From positions 2,063 to 66,062 of the forward strand of contig JAWXAY010000080.1 of the NCBI GenBank assembly GCA_034439715.1: a stretch of 64,000 nt of DNA, read 5' to 3'. Under the pieces are notes generated by a model, which worked only from the letters and a program-made list of their open reading frames with translations, did not search any database and was not told the origin of the DNA. Positions 9,256-18,338 of this stretch are shown in pieces (the first letter of the stretch is position 1; every line of letters begins with the position of its first letter). A program made the position numbers and the translations under genes. Source of the stretch: Pseudomonadota bacterium. Its GTDB lineage: Bacteria; Bdellovibrionota; Bdellovibrionia; Bdellovibrionales; SG-bin7.

Positions 9256-10049
9256 CCTAAAAAAACCATTCGTGCTAAATAGAATATCTCAACCTGAGTT
9301 TCATTAAAAAAAGATATATGAGGCATCAGCCAATTTCTTTTTTGGCCCCTATCTAAAATAGAATTAGCTTCACCCGCATTCTTGGCAAAATGAAAAATAC
9401 GATTGTAGGGGAACCTGCTACTCGAGGGACTATTTCGGAATATCAAAAGATGACGAAAGGCCTCCAGCAGCGAGTGCTCCCATAGGTTTTCTCCCTCAAG
9501 AGAGGCCGTACTCCCAGGAAAAGCTCCATCTCCCGAAAATCCAACAACAAAGCCGACGTGTCCTAACACTAGTTTGCCTTCTAAGTAAAACGCCACTGAT
9601 TTTTTAAAAAAGCGAATATGCGAAAAGTGAGATACAAAATATTGACAGACGCCATCAAGCTCTGGGTTAAACATCTCGTCCATCGCATAGTCGTGATCGA
9701 TCCATTGGCTAAGTGCCCAGCGCTCTAGGGCTTCGAGTACAGATCGAAGAACGGTTCTGTTCCGATCAAACCCTGCCGCAAAGCCGCAGACTGTGGGGTG
9801 AGTATCAAGAGCCCATGCTTTATGAGACCCTTCATCTTTTTTAAATTTTTGGAATAGCGAGCGTTCAACAAATTCACACGCAGCAATTTTGCGGGCTTGA
9901 TCCAACTCGCGGCCAAAACCGCCTGAAAGTGGTAGCCCCGATTGGGTAGTTATGGTTACGTGCCAAGCTTTTTTACCCTCTGCAGTAGTTATAGGTGTTT
10001 CTTGAAAATCTTTGATCTCAGGATTTATTCTTTTTAGGGCTTCAACCAT
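9210..10049 (-). CDS. Compact YcaO-like protein (ATP/Mg-binding ExxER motifs present; much shorter than canonical YcaO)
   Basis: 279 aa. SGGFGRELDQARKIAACEFVERS and CGFAAGFDRNRTVLRSVLEALERW match the two signature YcaO motifs (G.G....A...A.E..ER and G.A.G........E..ER). They are only ~47 aa apart. No E1-like or dehydrogenase partner is present. Confidence 0.5.
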   Translation of the reverse strand: MVEALKRINPEIKDFQETPITTAEGKKAWHVTITTQSGLPLSGGFGRELDQARKIAACEFVERSLFQKFKKDEGSHKAWALDTHPTVCGFAAGFDRNRTVLRSVLEALERWALSQWIDHDYAMDEMFNPELDGVCQYFVSHFSHIRFFKKSVAFYLEGKLVLGHVGFVVGFSGDGAFPGSTASLEGENLWEHSLLEAFRHLLIFRNSPSSSRFPYNRIFHFAKNAGEANSILDRGQKRNWLMPHISFFNETQVEIFYLARMVFLGWTPWHLGPANRFLY

Positions 10050-10050
10050 A

Positions 10051-11631
10051 TTATTTAAACTTTATTTCGTCGAATCGCACTCTGGTAATCAAAGAGCTTA
10101 GGCTATTGGTATCGATATCGCTGCTCATCAGATACTGCCCGCCCACGTGAAAAAGAGGAATCAGCGCAGAGTCTTCGTGAATATATTTGTTAAAGCGATC
10201 AATCGTCTGCTGAATAGGTAGTTCAGTCATCTCATACTCTTTGGCGAGTGCACAAATACGACCCGAAGGGTCGGCAAACTTAGGACCTAATTTACTGCAA
10301 AAAAGCATATCGGCAATCCAACCCTCAAATCCGCCGCCAATTTCAGCGCCCACTCTTCTAATATCATAGGTTTTAGTGTCAGTGAAATCTTCCCAACTCA
10401 GGTCTTTAGAATTGAAAATTTCATATGGCCAATCCAAATCCTCGAAGGCCCCGCGTAGGGTGTCTTCAACTAGCGCCGTCATTGAGTCAACTGGCTTGGG
10501 GACGGAACGAATTTTAATTACATTGCCCGGTTTTTTTATGGCTTTGGAAGGAGTTGGCAGCGCTGCCAGTTCGCTAACCTGGTTAAAGTAAAAAAAATCG
10601 GCGGCATTAAAGGAGAAGTCTGAAAGATCTCTATCTTTAAACTTTTCTTTAACCTTATTTGAAAAGATTCTTCTCAAATCAAGATCATCAAATATTCGAT
10701 TTTTTCCTGTGCTAATACTAAGGGTCATCAACGTGCCGGGCATTTGGCGAACCATCGTAAAACCTTTAGGTATGACTTTGGGTTTATCGCTGGTTTCAAG
10801 AATAAAAGATGTTGAATTATCTTTGAGATCATCAACTGTTCCGTTGCGAATTTTAACCCGATCAGGAGTGTAGTCTGGGTTGAGTGGCCAGTCTTTTCTT
10901 TTTTCGAGGGTATAATGGCTGCCGGGCTCAAATTCAACCAAACGATAGGGCCCCGAAGATATAAACCGAGTTTTGTCTTTCCAAGCATCACCATTATAAT
11001 TGTCTTCACAAATAAAACCGAACGGCGCCATAGTCAGGTATTCTAAAAATCCGCTACGAAATTTTTCGGTAAACTCAAATATCAGTTTATTTTCTCTTGA
11101 TGAAATACCAAGTACGTTGCCATCGCCAGTTTTGCGAAACTCCCGATAGCCCTTTAATTTATTAAATACGGGTTGTTCTTGGTCTTTTGATAACCACTTA
11201 AGGCTGCGAATAAGGCTTTTTCGCATACCATCGGCCGTAATTAATTCGCCGTTTTCGCACTTAATACCTTCCCGTAGATCGAAGGTCCATAGGTTGCCGT
11301 CGTTATGCCAGGATTTTGCTAAAAAAGGCACAGGTCTTTCATCGCTATAGTAAACAACGAGGGTAGCGATCATCGGGGCTACCACTAGATTATTGCTGTA
11401 ATATTCAGAATCAAAAATAGAAGTCGACACCGGGTGTTTTAGGTTCTTGTATAAGAATGTAAGCGCATTATGCTTAGTAGCTTTCAATTTTGACTCCCAA
11501 AATTTATCATGGATTCTTGAATTAAATCCCTTTATTAGGTGCTGGGGCCAAATCCATAACAGGTACAGTGACAGTAATGCTGTCAGCAGTACTAAACCTA
11601 ATATTTTTGCCCTCTTGGTCTGCGGTAACAC
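10051..11631 (-). CDS. Family-5 (peptide/nickel type) solute-binding protein, N-terminally membrane-anchored, without ABC permease or ATPase genes
   Basis: 526 aa. GTG start preceded by GGAGG. N-terminal helix ILGLVLLTALLSLYLLWIW. SBP_bac_5-like block PFLAKSWHNDGNLWTFDLREGIKCENGELITADGMRKSLIRSLK. Confidence 0.7.
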   Translation of the reverse strand: MLPQTKRAKILGLVLLTALLSLYLLWIWPQHLIKGFNSRIHDKFWESKLKATKHNALTFLYKNLKHPVSTSIFDSEYYSNNLVVAPMIATLVVYYSDERPVPFLAKSWHNDGNLWTFDLREGIKCENGELITADGMRKSLIRSLKWLSKDQEQPVFNKLKGYREFRKTGDGNVLGISSRENKLIFEFTEKFRSGFLEYLTMAPFGFICEDNYNGDAWKDKTRFISSGPYRLVEFEPGSHYTLEKRKDWPLNPDYTPDRVKIRNGTVDDLKDNSTSFILETSDKPKVIPKGFTMVRQMPGTLMTLSISTGKNRIFDDLDLRRIFSNKVKEKFKDRDLSDFSFNAADFFYFNQVSELAALPTPSKAIKKPGNVIKIRSVPKPVDSMTALVEDTLRGAFEDLDWPYEIFNSKDLSWEDFTDTKTYDIRRVGAEIGGGFEGWIADMLFCSKLGPKFADPSGRICALAKEYEMTELPIQQTIDRFNKYIHEDSALIPLFHVGGQYLMSSDIDTNSLSSLITRVRFDEIKFK

Positions 11632-11809
11632 TTAGGAGATCCTCCCAGTTTAGATTAATTTTTGCCTGATTGTAAAAAGCTTGCTCCACCATTTCAAAAT
11701 TAATGCCATAGGTATCAGCGTTATAGCGATCGATGTACAGAGGGCCTATAGATTCGGCTTGTGCTAGATTTGCTAAAATGGCGGCACTGGTGAGTATAAG
11801 TTTTTGCAT
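11522..11809 (-). CDS. Small secreted protein of unknown function
   Basis: 95 aa. Strong SD (AGGAGG 4-5 nt before the ATG). Sec-type signal MQKLILTSAAILANLAQA/ES. Its 3' 110 nt overlap the SBP gene out of frame. Confidence 0.5.
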   Translation of the reverse strand: MQKLILTSAAILANLAQAESIGPLYIDRYNADTYGINFEMVEQAFYNQAKINLNWEDLLSVTADQEGKNIRFSTADSITVTVPVMDLAPAPNKGI

Positions 11810-12205
11810 TTTTCCTCCTGATGGGGTGGGGCTAAATCAATGAGAGCGACTATACCAAACCAGTCCGTCGTTTCATATGGGAGGAATGTAGTCGTGCAAA
11901 AGTTACTTTGTGTTAACACTTTCTGGCGCCCAGTTAGGGCCATCTGATTAGTTTAATTTGGGGTAGATATAAATTGTTTTTGTTTGGGCGTCGACAATGG
12001 CAATCGAACGTTAGAAAATCTTAGTTAAGTTGAGGCAGCCCCTTAAATCTAACTTGCTCAAGCTAAAAGCATCTCCCACCGACTAACACCCCGCAAAATC
12101 GCCTTGAGAAAAAGCAATTCCTTGTGAATACGCAGGGTTTTTAGTAATTCAAGTAACGCAATTACACTCTTAAAAAAAGCATGCAAATAGAAGGAAAAAT
12201 GCCCT

Positions 12206-13237
12206 ATGTCCAAAAACCTACTTGTTACTGGCGGCGCGGGATTTATTGGCAGTAATTTCGTACGAATGAGCGTGGGCGAGGGCCACAAGGTAGTAGTACT
12301 CGATTCCATGACCTACGCAGGTCACATGGAAAACCTCGAGGGCGTTAAGGGCCCGGGAAAATTTGAGTTTTATAAAGGTAGCATCACCGACAAAACCATC
12401 GTCGGCCAAATCCTGAAAGAACATAAAATCGATACCCTAGTAAATTTTGCGGCCGAGTCGCACGTTGATCGCTCGATCGACGGCCCATCGGTGTTTCTAG
12501 AGACCAATATTTCTGGCACCTACAATTTACTCGATTGCGCACTTGCTTATTTTAAGAGTCTTGGCGAAAGCCTTAAGCAAAGTTTTAGATACCTACAAAT
12601 TTCAACTGACGAAGTCTATGGTGCCCTCGGCGCCGAAGGTAAATTTTCTGAGACCACCTCATACGCTCCTAACTCACCGTATTCGGCCTCGAAAGCGTCG
12701 GGTGATCACTTGGTGCGTGCCTGGCATCACACGTTTGGTTTGCCAACGCTCACTACAAATTGCAGTAATAATTATGGGCCATATCAGTTTCCAGAAAAAT
12801 TAATTCCCACAATTATTCGCTGTGCACTAGCTGATAAACCGCTGCCTGTTTATGGCAATGGCGGCAACATTCGCGACTGGATTCAAGTTGAAGATCACTG
12901 TCGTGGAATTTGGTTGGCCCTTGAAAAAGGCAAGGTGGGTGAGACTTACTGTTTCGGCGGCAATGCCGAAAAAAATAATCTCGACGTTGTTAAGACAATT
13001 TGTCATGAAATGGATCGACTAAAACCCAGACACAACGGCCAGAAGTATGAGTCGCTAATTAGTTTTGTACCCGATCGCCTTGGTCATGATTGGCGCTACG
13101 CGATTGACGATACCAAAGCTCAAAAAGATTTGGGCTTTAAACGCAAGTATAATTTTGAGCAAGGATTAACCGAAACTATTAAGTGGTATCTCGGTAATCA
13201 GTTATGGATGAAAAAAGTTATGGAGAAATCCTCATGA
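12206..13237 (+). CDS. rfbB: dTDP-glucose 4,6-dehydratase
   Basis: 343 aa. [36 protein letters not shown] and [18 protein letters not shown] are all classic RfbB/RmlB motifs. Confidence 0.95.
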   Translation: MSKNLLVTGGAGFIGSNFVRMSVGEGHKVVVLDSMTYAGHMENLEGVKGPGKFEFYKGSITDKTIVGQILKEHKIDTLVNFAAESHVDRSIDGPSVFLETNISGTYNLLDCALAYFKSLGESLKQSFRYLQISTDEVYGALGAEGKFSETTSYAPNSPYSASKASGDHLVRAWHHTFGLPTLTTNCSNNYGPYQFPEKLIPTIIRCALADKPLPVYGNGGNIRDWIQVEDHCRGIWLALEKGKVGETYCFGGNAEKNNLDVVKTICHEMDRLKPRHNGQKYESLISFVPDRLGHDWRYAIDDTKAQKDLGFKRKYNFEQGLTETIKWYLGNQLWMKKVMEKSS

Positions 13238-14109
13238 AGGGCATTGTTTTAGCAGGTGGCAGCGGCAGTAGGTTGTTCCCGTGCACAGCGACCATCAGTA
13301 AACAGATTTTACCAGTCTATGATAAACCTACAATTTATTATCCTCTCTCGATGCTCATGCTTGCCGGCATCAAAGATATTTTGGTTATCAGTTCACCACG
13401 AGATATCCCGATGATTCGTGATTTATTAAAAGATGGCTCTCAGTTTGGAATTAAACTGAGTTACCAAGAGCAGGCTCGGCCGGAAGGCATCGCACAAGCC
13501 TTCATTATTGGCGAGAAACACATCGGTCAAGATTCAGTTTGCATGGTTTTAGGTGACAACATTTTTTATGGACACCATTTAAGTCAGTTACTGCAAGATT
13601 CGGCAAAACTAAAAAAAGGTGCGACGGTTTTTGCCTATCACGTGACGGACCCAGAGCGCTACGGTGTGGTTGAGATTGATAAGTCAAATAAGGCAGTCAG
13701 CATTGAAGAAAAGCCAAAAAGTCCCAAGTCGAATTTGGCTGTCACTGGACTTTATTTTTACGATAACGAAGTAGTAAATATAGCAAAAAACCTTAAACCT
13801 TCGGCGCGAGGGGAGCTTGAGATTACAGACGTCAACAGAACATACTTGAGTAAAGGCGACCTCAATGTTGTACAAATGGGGCGTGGCGTGGCGTGGTTGG
13901 ATTCGGGCACACCTGACTCGCTTTTAGAGGCTGCCGAATTTGTAAAGACCATTGAAAAACGTCAAGGATTGAAAATTGCCTGTCTCGAAGAAATTGCATT
14001 TTTAATGGAGTTTATCAGCCTCAAAGAATTAGAAGCGACCGCTGAGAGCTTTCCAAAATGCAGTTACGGTGATTATTTAAAACATATTGTAAAGTTGCAA
14101 AGACTATAA
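13234..14109 (+). CDS. rfbA: Glucose-1-phosphate thymidylyltransferase
   Basis: [34 protein letters not shown] and GLYFYDN match RmlA. I take the ATG at 13234 (ATGA overlap with the rfbB stop) rather than the track start at 13204. Confidence 0.93.
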   Translation: MKGIVLAGGSGSRLFPCTATISKQILPVYDKPTIYYPLSMLMLAGIKDILVISSPRDIPMIRDLLKDGSQFGIKLSYQEQARPEGIAQAFIIGEKHIGQDSVCMVLGDNIFYGHHLSQLLQDSAKLKKGATVFAYHVTDPERYGVVEIDKSNKAVSIEEKPKSPKSNLAVTGLYFYDNEVVNIAKNLKPSARGELEITDVNRTYLSKGDLNVVQMGRGVAWLDSGTPDSLLEAAEFVKTIEKRQGLKIACLEEIAFLMEFISLKELEATAESFPKCSYGDYLKHIVKLQRL

Positions 14110-15651
14110 ATGACAAGTCAAAAGCATAAAGAACTCACTCAAGGAAAACTGCTAGCCAAGAACACGGTTATCAGCCTCATCGGCCAAGGTGCGCCGATGT
14201 TTATCGCATTGGTAGCAATTCCAATTTTGATTAAAAAAATGGGACTCGATCAATTTGGTCTGCTCTCACTTTTTTGGGTGGTGCTCGGTTATTTTAGTTT
14301 GTTTGATTTGGGACTCGGGCGAGTTATCGTAAAACTGGTATCAGAAAAATTGGGACAAAATGAAATTGGCGAGATACCGGCCATTGTGTGGACCGCGTTA
14401 CTCCTCACTTTACTCGTCAGCATTTTCGGTTCACTTATTATTTATTTATTGGCCCCTTTTTTAGTGCATGACGTATTTAAAATTCCCGAGGCACTTGAGG
14501 CTACATCTGTGCGCTGTTTTTATTTGCTGGCAATTGGCCTACCGGTAGTTACCATGACCGCCGGCATTCGCGGGATACTCGAGGCATTACAACGTTTTGA
14601 TATTACCAACGTTTTACAATTTTTTTTAGGAGTATTTAATTACCTGGGGCCACTGTTGGTGCTACCCTTCACCAACAATGTATTTTGGATCATCTTGGTT
14701 TTACTGGCTGGTCGATTTGTCACTTGTTTGCTGACATTGATTTCTTGTTTTTATGTGATGCCAGAACTGGCTACCGGAGCTAGGGTCAACAGGGTTCTCA
14801 TGAGACGAATCATTAAGTTTGGCTCATGGTTAACAGTCAGCAATGTCATAAGTCCCATTATGGTTTACTTAGACAGATTTATCGTAGGTGCGATGGTTTC
14901 GGTAACTGCAGTAGCCTATTACTCGACGCCCTATGAAATGGTAACTAGACTTTGGGTTATACCAGGAGCCATGATTCAGGTTTTGTTTCCAGCCTTGAGT
15001 ACTTGCTATCATGCTGATCGACCAAGATTAGTTCTGCTCTATGGTCGTGGAATTAAATTTACTCTTCTTACAATATTCCCCATAGTGCTCTTGATTATTG
15101 CCTTTTCTCACGAGGGCATCACGCTGTGGCTGGGAGCTGAATTCGCTCAAAATAGCGGCAATATTTTACAGATATTAGCTCTGGGTGTTTTGTTTAACAG
15201 CGTGGCACGCGTGCCATTTTCGCTGATTCAAAGTGCTGAGCGTCCGGATTTAACAGCCATTATCCATTTAGTTGAGCTTCCTTTGTATATTATTGCGCTT
15301 TGGTATTTTACCAAGACCCATGGCTTGACTGGTGCAGCGTTAGCTTGGGTCTTGCGAATGGGCCTTGATATGGTGTTGATGTTTGTCTTTGCCAACAGAG
15401 TACTGCCATTAGCTAAGCGCGAAAGTTATAATGGGTTAGGTTTTACGCTCGTTATCACGATTTTATGTGTGTTAGTGGCGCTTCCCCAGACGTTAGGATT
15501 AAAAATTATCTTATCCCTTGTTTCAATTATTGGGTTGTCAGTAGTTTTTTGGTTGGTAGTATTAAGTTCTGACGAAAAATTACTCTTTAAGCGTTGGTTA
15601 TCGCGTCTGCAGTTTAATAAGGCAATTGAAGTGGAGAGTTTAAGCAAATGA
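14110..15651 (+). CDS. wzx: Wzx-type oligosaccharide flippase (MOP superfamily polysaccharide biosynthesis protein)
   Basis: 513 aa, about 14 hydrophobic helices, N-terminal pattern typical of RfbX/Wzx. It starts immediately after the rfbA stop. Confidence 0.7.
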   Translation: MTSQKHKELTQGKLLAKNTVISLIGQGAPMFIALVAIPILIKKMGLDQFGLLSLFWVVLGYFSLFDLGLGRVIVKLVSEKLGQNEIGEIPAIVWTALLLTLLVSIFGSLIIYLLAPFLVHDVFKIPEALEATSVRCFYLLAIGLPVVTMTAGIRGILEALQRFDITNVLQFFLGVFNYLGPLLVLPFTNNVFWIILVLLAGRFVTCLLTLISCFYVMPELATGARVNRVLMRRIIKFGSWLTVSNVISPIMVYLDRFIVGAMVSVTAVAYYSTPYEMVTRLWVIPGAMIQVLFPALSTCYHADRPRLVLLYGRGIKFTLLTIFPIVLLIIAFSHEGITLWLGAEFAQNSGNILQILALGVLFNSVARVPFSLIQSAERPDLTAIIHLVELPLYIIALWYFTKTHGLTGAALAWVLRMGLDMVLMFVFANRVLPLAKRESYNGLGFTLVITILCVLVALPQTLGLKIILSLVSIIGLSVVFWLVVLSSDEKLLFKRWLSRLQFNKAIEVESLSK

Positions 15652-16544
15652 ACCGAGTCTGCGCCGTCATAGTAACCCACAATCCTGACCCTCGATTTAT
15701 AGAAAATGTTGAATTAATCGCAACTCAGGTAAATCAGATCATTATCGTGGACAACGGTTCGCACGAAGCCGGCCGCAGACTTGTCCAAATTGTCGAACGT
15801 TTAGAAAAAGTAAAGGTGGCCTACAATCCTGAAAATCTCGGAATAGCTGCGGGCCTAAATATTGGTTTTAAGAACGCCATCAAGGGCGGTTTTGATTGGG
15901 TACTAACGCTCGATCAAGACAGTCGCCCCGGTGCTAAAATGGTTGAGTCTCTCTTTGACGTCTACGATAAATGTCAGAATCAAAAGCAGATTGGTTTGTT
16001 AAGTGCGGTTGCGATCGAAGAGAGAATCCCCACAGAGATTTCAAAAGTTCCTTGTGTCAATTCCAATGGGCTTTATCATGATACCGAAGTCGTCATGAGT
16101 TCTGGCAGCTTGGTTAAGACCTCAGTGTTTTTAGAAGTTGGGGGTTTTGATGAAAGTCTTTTTATCTATTACGTCGATCATGACTATTGTTTTCGGATTT
16201 TAGCTGCAGGCTACAGGATTTTTCAAACCCCACTTGCGACTTTTTATCATAATACTGGCCTGATTTCTCGTCATAAGTTTTTACACCGGCACTTTTTTAC
16301 AAACAATTACAGTGAAAAAAAGCGCTACTATATTACTCGCAATCGCTTAGTGCTTTATCGAAAATATCTTTTGGCAAGGCCCAAGTGGGTATTCGACGAC
16401 ATGGTTCGATTTGCCAAAGAATTTATAAAGATACTTGTCGCCGAAGACAACAAAGTAGAAAAAATCTACTCTATAGGCAAAGGTATTACGCACAGTCTGC
16501 AAAACAGACTGGGGTCTTATGGCCACTCCAACGAATTACATTGA
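15648..16544 (+). CDS. Family 2 glycosyltransferase (rhamnosyltransferase-like)
   Basis: 298 aa. VCAVIVTHNP...IIIVDNGS...LDQDS. GT2 fold with a DxD-type motif. 4-nt overlap with wzx. Confidence 0.8.
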   Translation: MNRVCAVIVTHNPDPRFIENVELIATQVNQIIIVDNGSHEAGRRLVQIVERLEKVKVAYNPENLGIAAGLNIGFKNAIKGGFDWVLTLDQDSRPGAKMVESLFDVYDKCQNQKQIGLLSAVAIEERIPTEISKVPCVNSNGLYHDTEVVMSSGSLVKTSVFLEVGGFDESLFIYYVDHDYCFRILAAGYRIFQTPLATFYHNTGLISRHKFLHRHFFTNNYSEKKRYYITRNRLVLYRKYLLARPKWVFDDMVRFAKEFIKILVAEDNKVEKIYSIGKGITHSLQNRLGSYGHSNELH

Positions 16545-18336
16545 CCGATCTTTTTCAGACCATGAGTTTCAGCGCACGCTGATTCAATACTCGCTAAAGA
16601 TAAGCTATTTTTTTGATAAAATATTTAGGCCCAAAGCGCTTTATCAGTACGAGGCCTTGTTAGAAATTAATAGTTTAAACGCTGAGCAAAGATTGCAGAG
16701 TCTTAAAAGTTTAAAACAGCGCACTCTGATCAAATGGGCTTTTGTTCTGCATGCTTATTTTGATTCTTCGAGACTAATGAAAGAGTGGACTTACACTTTT
16801 TTTCTTTGGAGCAAATTTAGTGTAAAAAAAATAATTCGGCACAAAGACAAAGATTTTAAACTATGGATCGAAAAAATTGAGCCGCAAGAAATCGAAAAAA
16901 TACAATCGAGAAAAGTAAGTTTCTCGTACTTAGCTCTGACAGTTGAAAATCCAACTTTTGAGAGTTTGCTAAAATGCCTTGAAGAAAAGGCAGCAGATTA
17001 TGTGGTTCTTCAGCTTTCCGCAGGTCATGCCAGCGATAATTTGTATAAAGCGGTCGATATTTTTTTAGCTGAACATCCCGAAGCCGAAATTCTATTTGGT
17101 GACGAAGACACTCAAGAATTATCCGGTGAGCGAAAAGATCCCGAGTTTCGCTTTTCGTGGTGTATTGACCGATTTTATGCCGATGATTTTTTATCTCATT
17201 TTAGCATTTATAAGACGAGCTTTTTACTTAAAGTAATTCAGCAAAATAAAAACTCCTATGGCCCGCTTAAATATAATCTCCCGTTTCTTGCAATAGAAAG
17301 TGCCCAAAGCAAAGAAATTCGCCATTTACCATTTATATTATTTCATCGACTGAAAAAGTCGTCGAGATCTGAGCAGTATCAAGAAGCCGAACGAAATCTG
17401 CGTAAGAGTGCGCTTGACCAACACCTGCATAGGTTAAAAGAAATGGCAGAGGTAGAGGTCACAAAAAAGGGAATTCCTCGGGTAAAGTTCTTAGCTCCAA
17501 TAGAGCTGCCATTGGTTTCGTGTATTATTCCGATAAAAGACAAAGTAGAGCTTTTAAGAAATTTAATAAATGATTTGAAATATAAAACAGACTATCGAAA
17601 TCTCGAAATTATTGTGGTTGATAATAATAGCAAAGAATCAGCGACGCTTGAATACTTAAGCCAGTTAAAATACGAACCTGGCGTAAAGGTTGTGAGTTAC
17701 CCCAATGCCTTTAATTATTCAGCGATCAATAACTTAGGAGTAGGCAGTGCCACGGGTAAGGTGTTGGCCCTTTTAAACAACGATTTAGAGATTATAAATC
17801 CAGATTGGCTGGCCGAGATGGTAACGCATGCTTTAAGGCCCGGCGTTGGAATTGTAGGTGCAAAACTTTATTATAAAAATGGTTTTATACAACATGCCGG
17901 TGTGGGCGTCGGTGTTGGACCTATCTCGGGCCATCTTCACCGACAGAATCATCGAACCGAAAGTGGATACTGGAATCAGTTACTGTTTACACATACGGTG
18001 GGTGCGGTAACGGGCGCTTGCATGGTCATAAAAAAAGATCTTTATGATAAAGTTGGCGGATTTGACGAAATCAATTTAGCCGTAGCTTATAATGACGTGG
18101 ACCTCTGTTTACGCACACGAGAGCTGGGGTACCGGGTTGTTTGGACCCCTTTCGCTGAGCTTTATCATCTCGAGTCGGCAACAAGGCCCAATGATGCGCT
18201 ACCGGCACAAGTTGAGCGCTATTTAAAAGAAATTCAATATATGAAAGCTAAGTGGGGAAAGTACCTTAAAGATGACCCATTTTATAATATCAATCTCACT
18301 CGTGATTGGTTCGATTGTGAGCCGCGGAGAATTTAA
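16519..18336 (+). CDS. Two-domain glycosyltransferase (degenerate N-terminal GT2-like region plus C-terminal GT2 domain)
   Basis: 605 aa. C-terminal VSCIIPIKDK...IIVVDNNSKE...LNNDLE...ESATRP is typical of GT2. The N-terminal ~320 aa contain a GDEDT-type acidic motif. Confidence 0.7.
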   Translation: MATPTNYIDRSFSDHEFQRTLIQYSLKISYFFDKIFRPKALYQYEALLEINSLNAEQRLQSLKSLKQRTLIKWAFVLHAYFDSSRLMKEWTYTFFLWSKFSVKKIIRHKDKDFKLWIEKIEPQEIEKIQSRKVSFSYLALTVENPTFESLLKCLEEKAADYVVLQLSAGHASDNLYKAVDIFLAEHPEAEILFGDEDTQELSGERKDPEFRFSWCIDRFYADDFLSHFSIYKTSFLLKVIQQNKNSYGPLKYNLPFLAIESAQSKEIRHLPFILFHRLKKSSRSEQYQEAERNLRKSALDQHLHRLKEMAEVEVTKKGIPRVKFLAPIELPLVSCIIPIKDKVELLRNLINDLKYKTDYRNLEIIVVDNNSKESATLEYLSQLKYEPGVKVVSYPNAFNYSAINNLGVGSATGKVLALLNNDLEIINPDWLAEMVTHALRPGVGIVGAKLYYKNGFIQHAGVGVGVGPISGHLHRQNHRTESGYWNQLLFTHTVGAVTGACMVIKKDLYDKVGGFDEINLAVAYNDVDLCLRTRELGYRVVWTPFAELYHLESATRPNDALPAQVERYLKEIQYMKAKWGKYLKDDPFYNINLTRDWFDCEPRRI

Positions 18337-18338
18337 AC

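Noticed and set aside
11810-12205. The largest intergenic region (396 bp), examined for JUMPStart/ops (GGCGGTAG), tRNA, riboswitch-like structure or a small ORF upstream of rfbB
   Set aside because: I could find no ops element, no cloverleaf-like or extended stem-loop structure, and no SD-preceded small ORF. Only trivial 4-5-bp inverted repeats are present. It is probably just a divergent promoter region.
12058-12309. 83-aa minus-strand ORF spanning the rfbB start region
   Set aside because: It overlaps the unambiguous rfbB 5' end and promoter region. It has no SD and no motifs.
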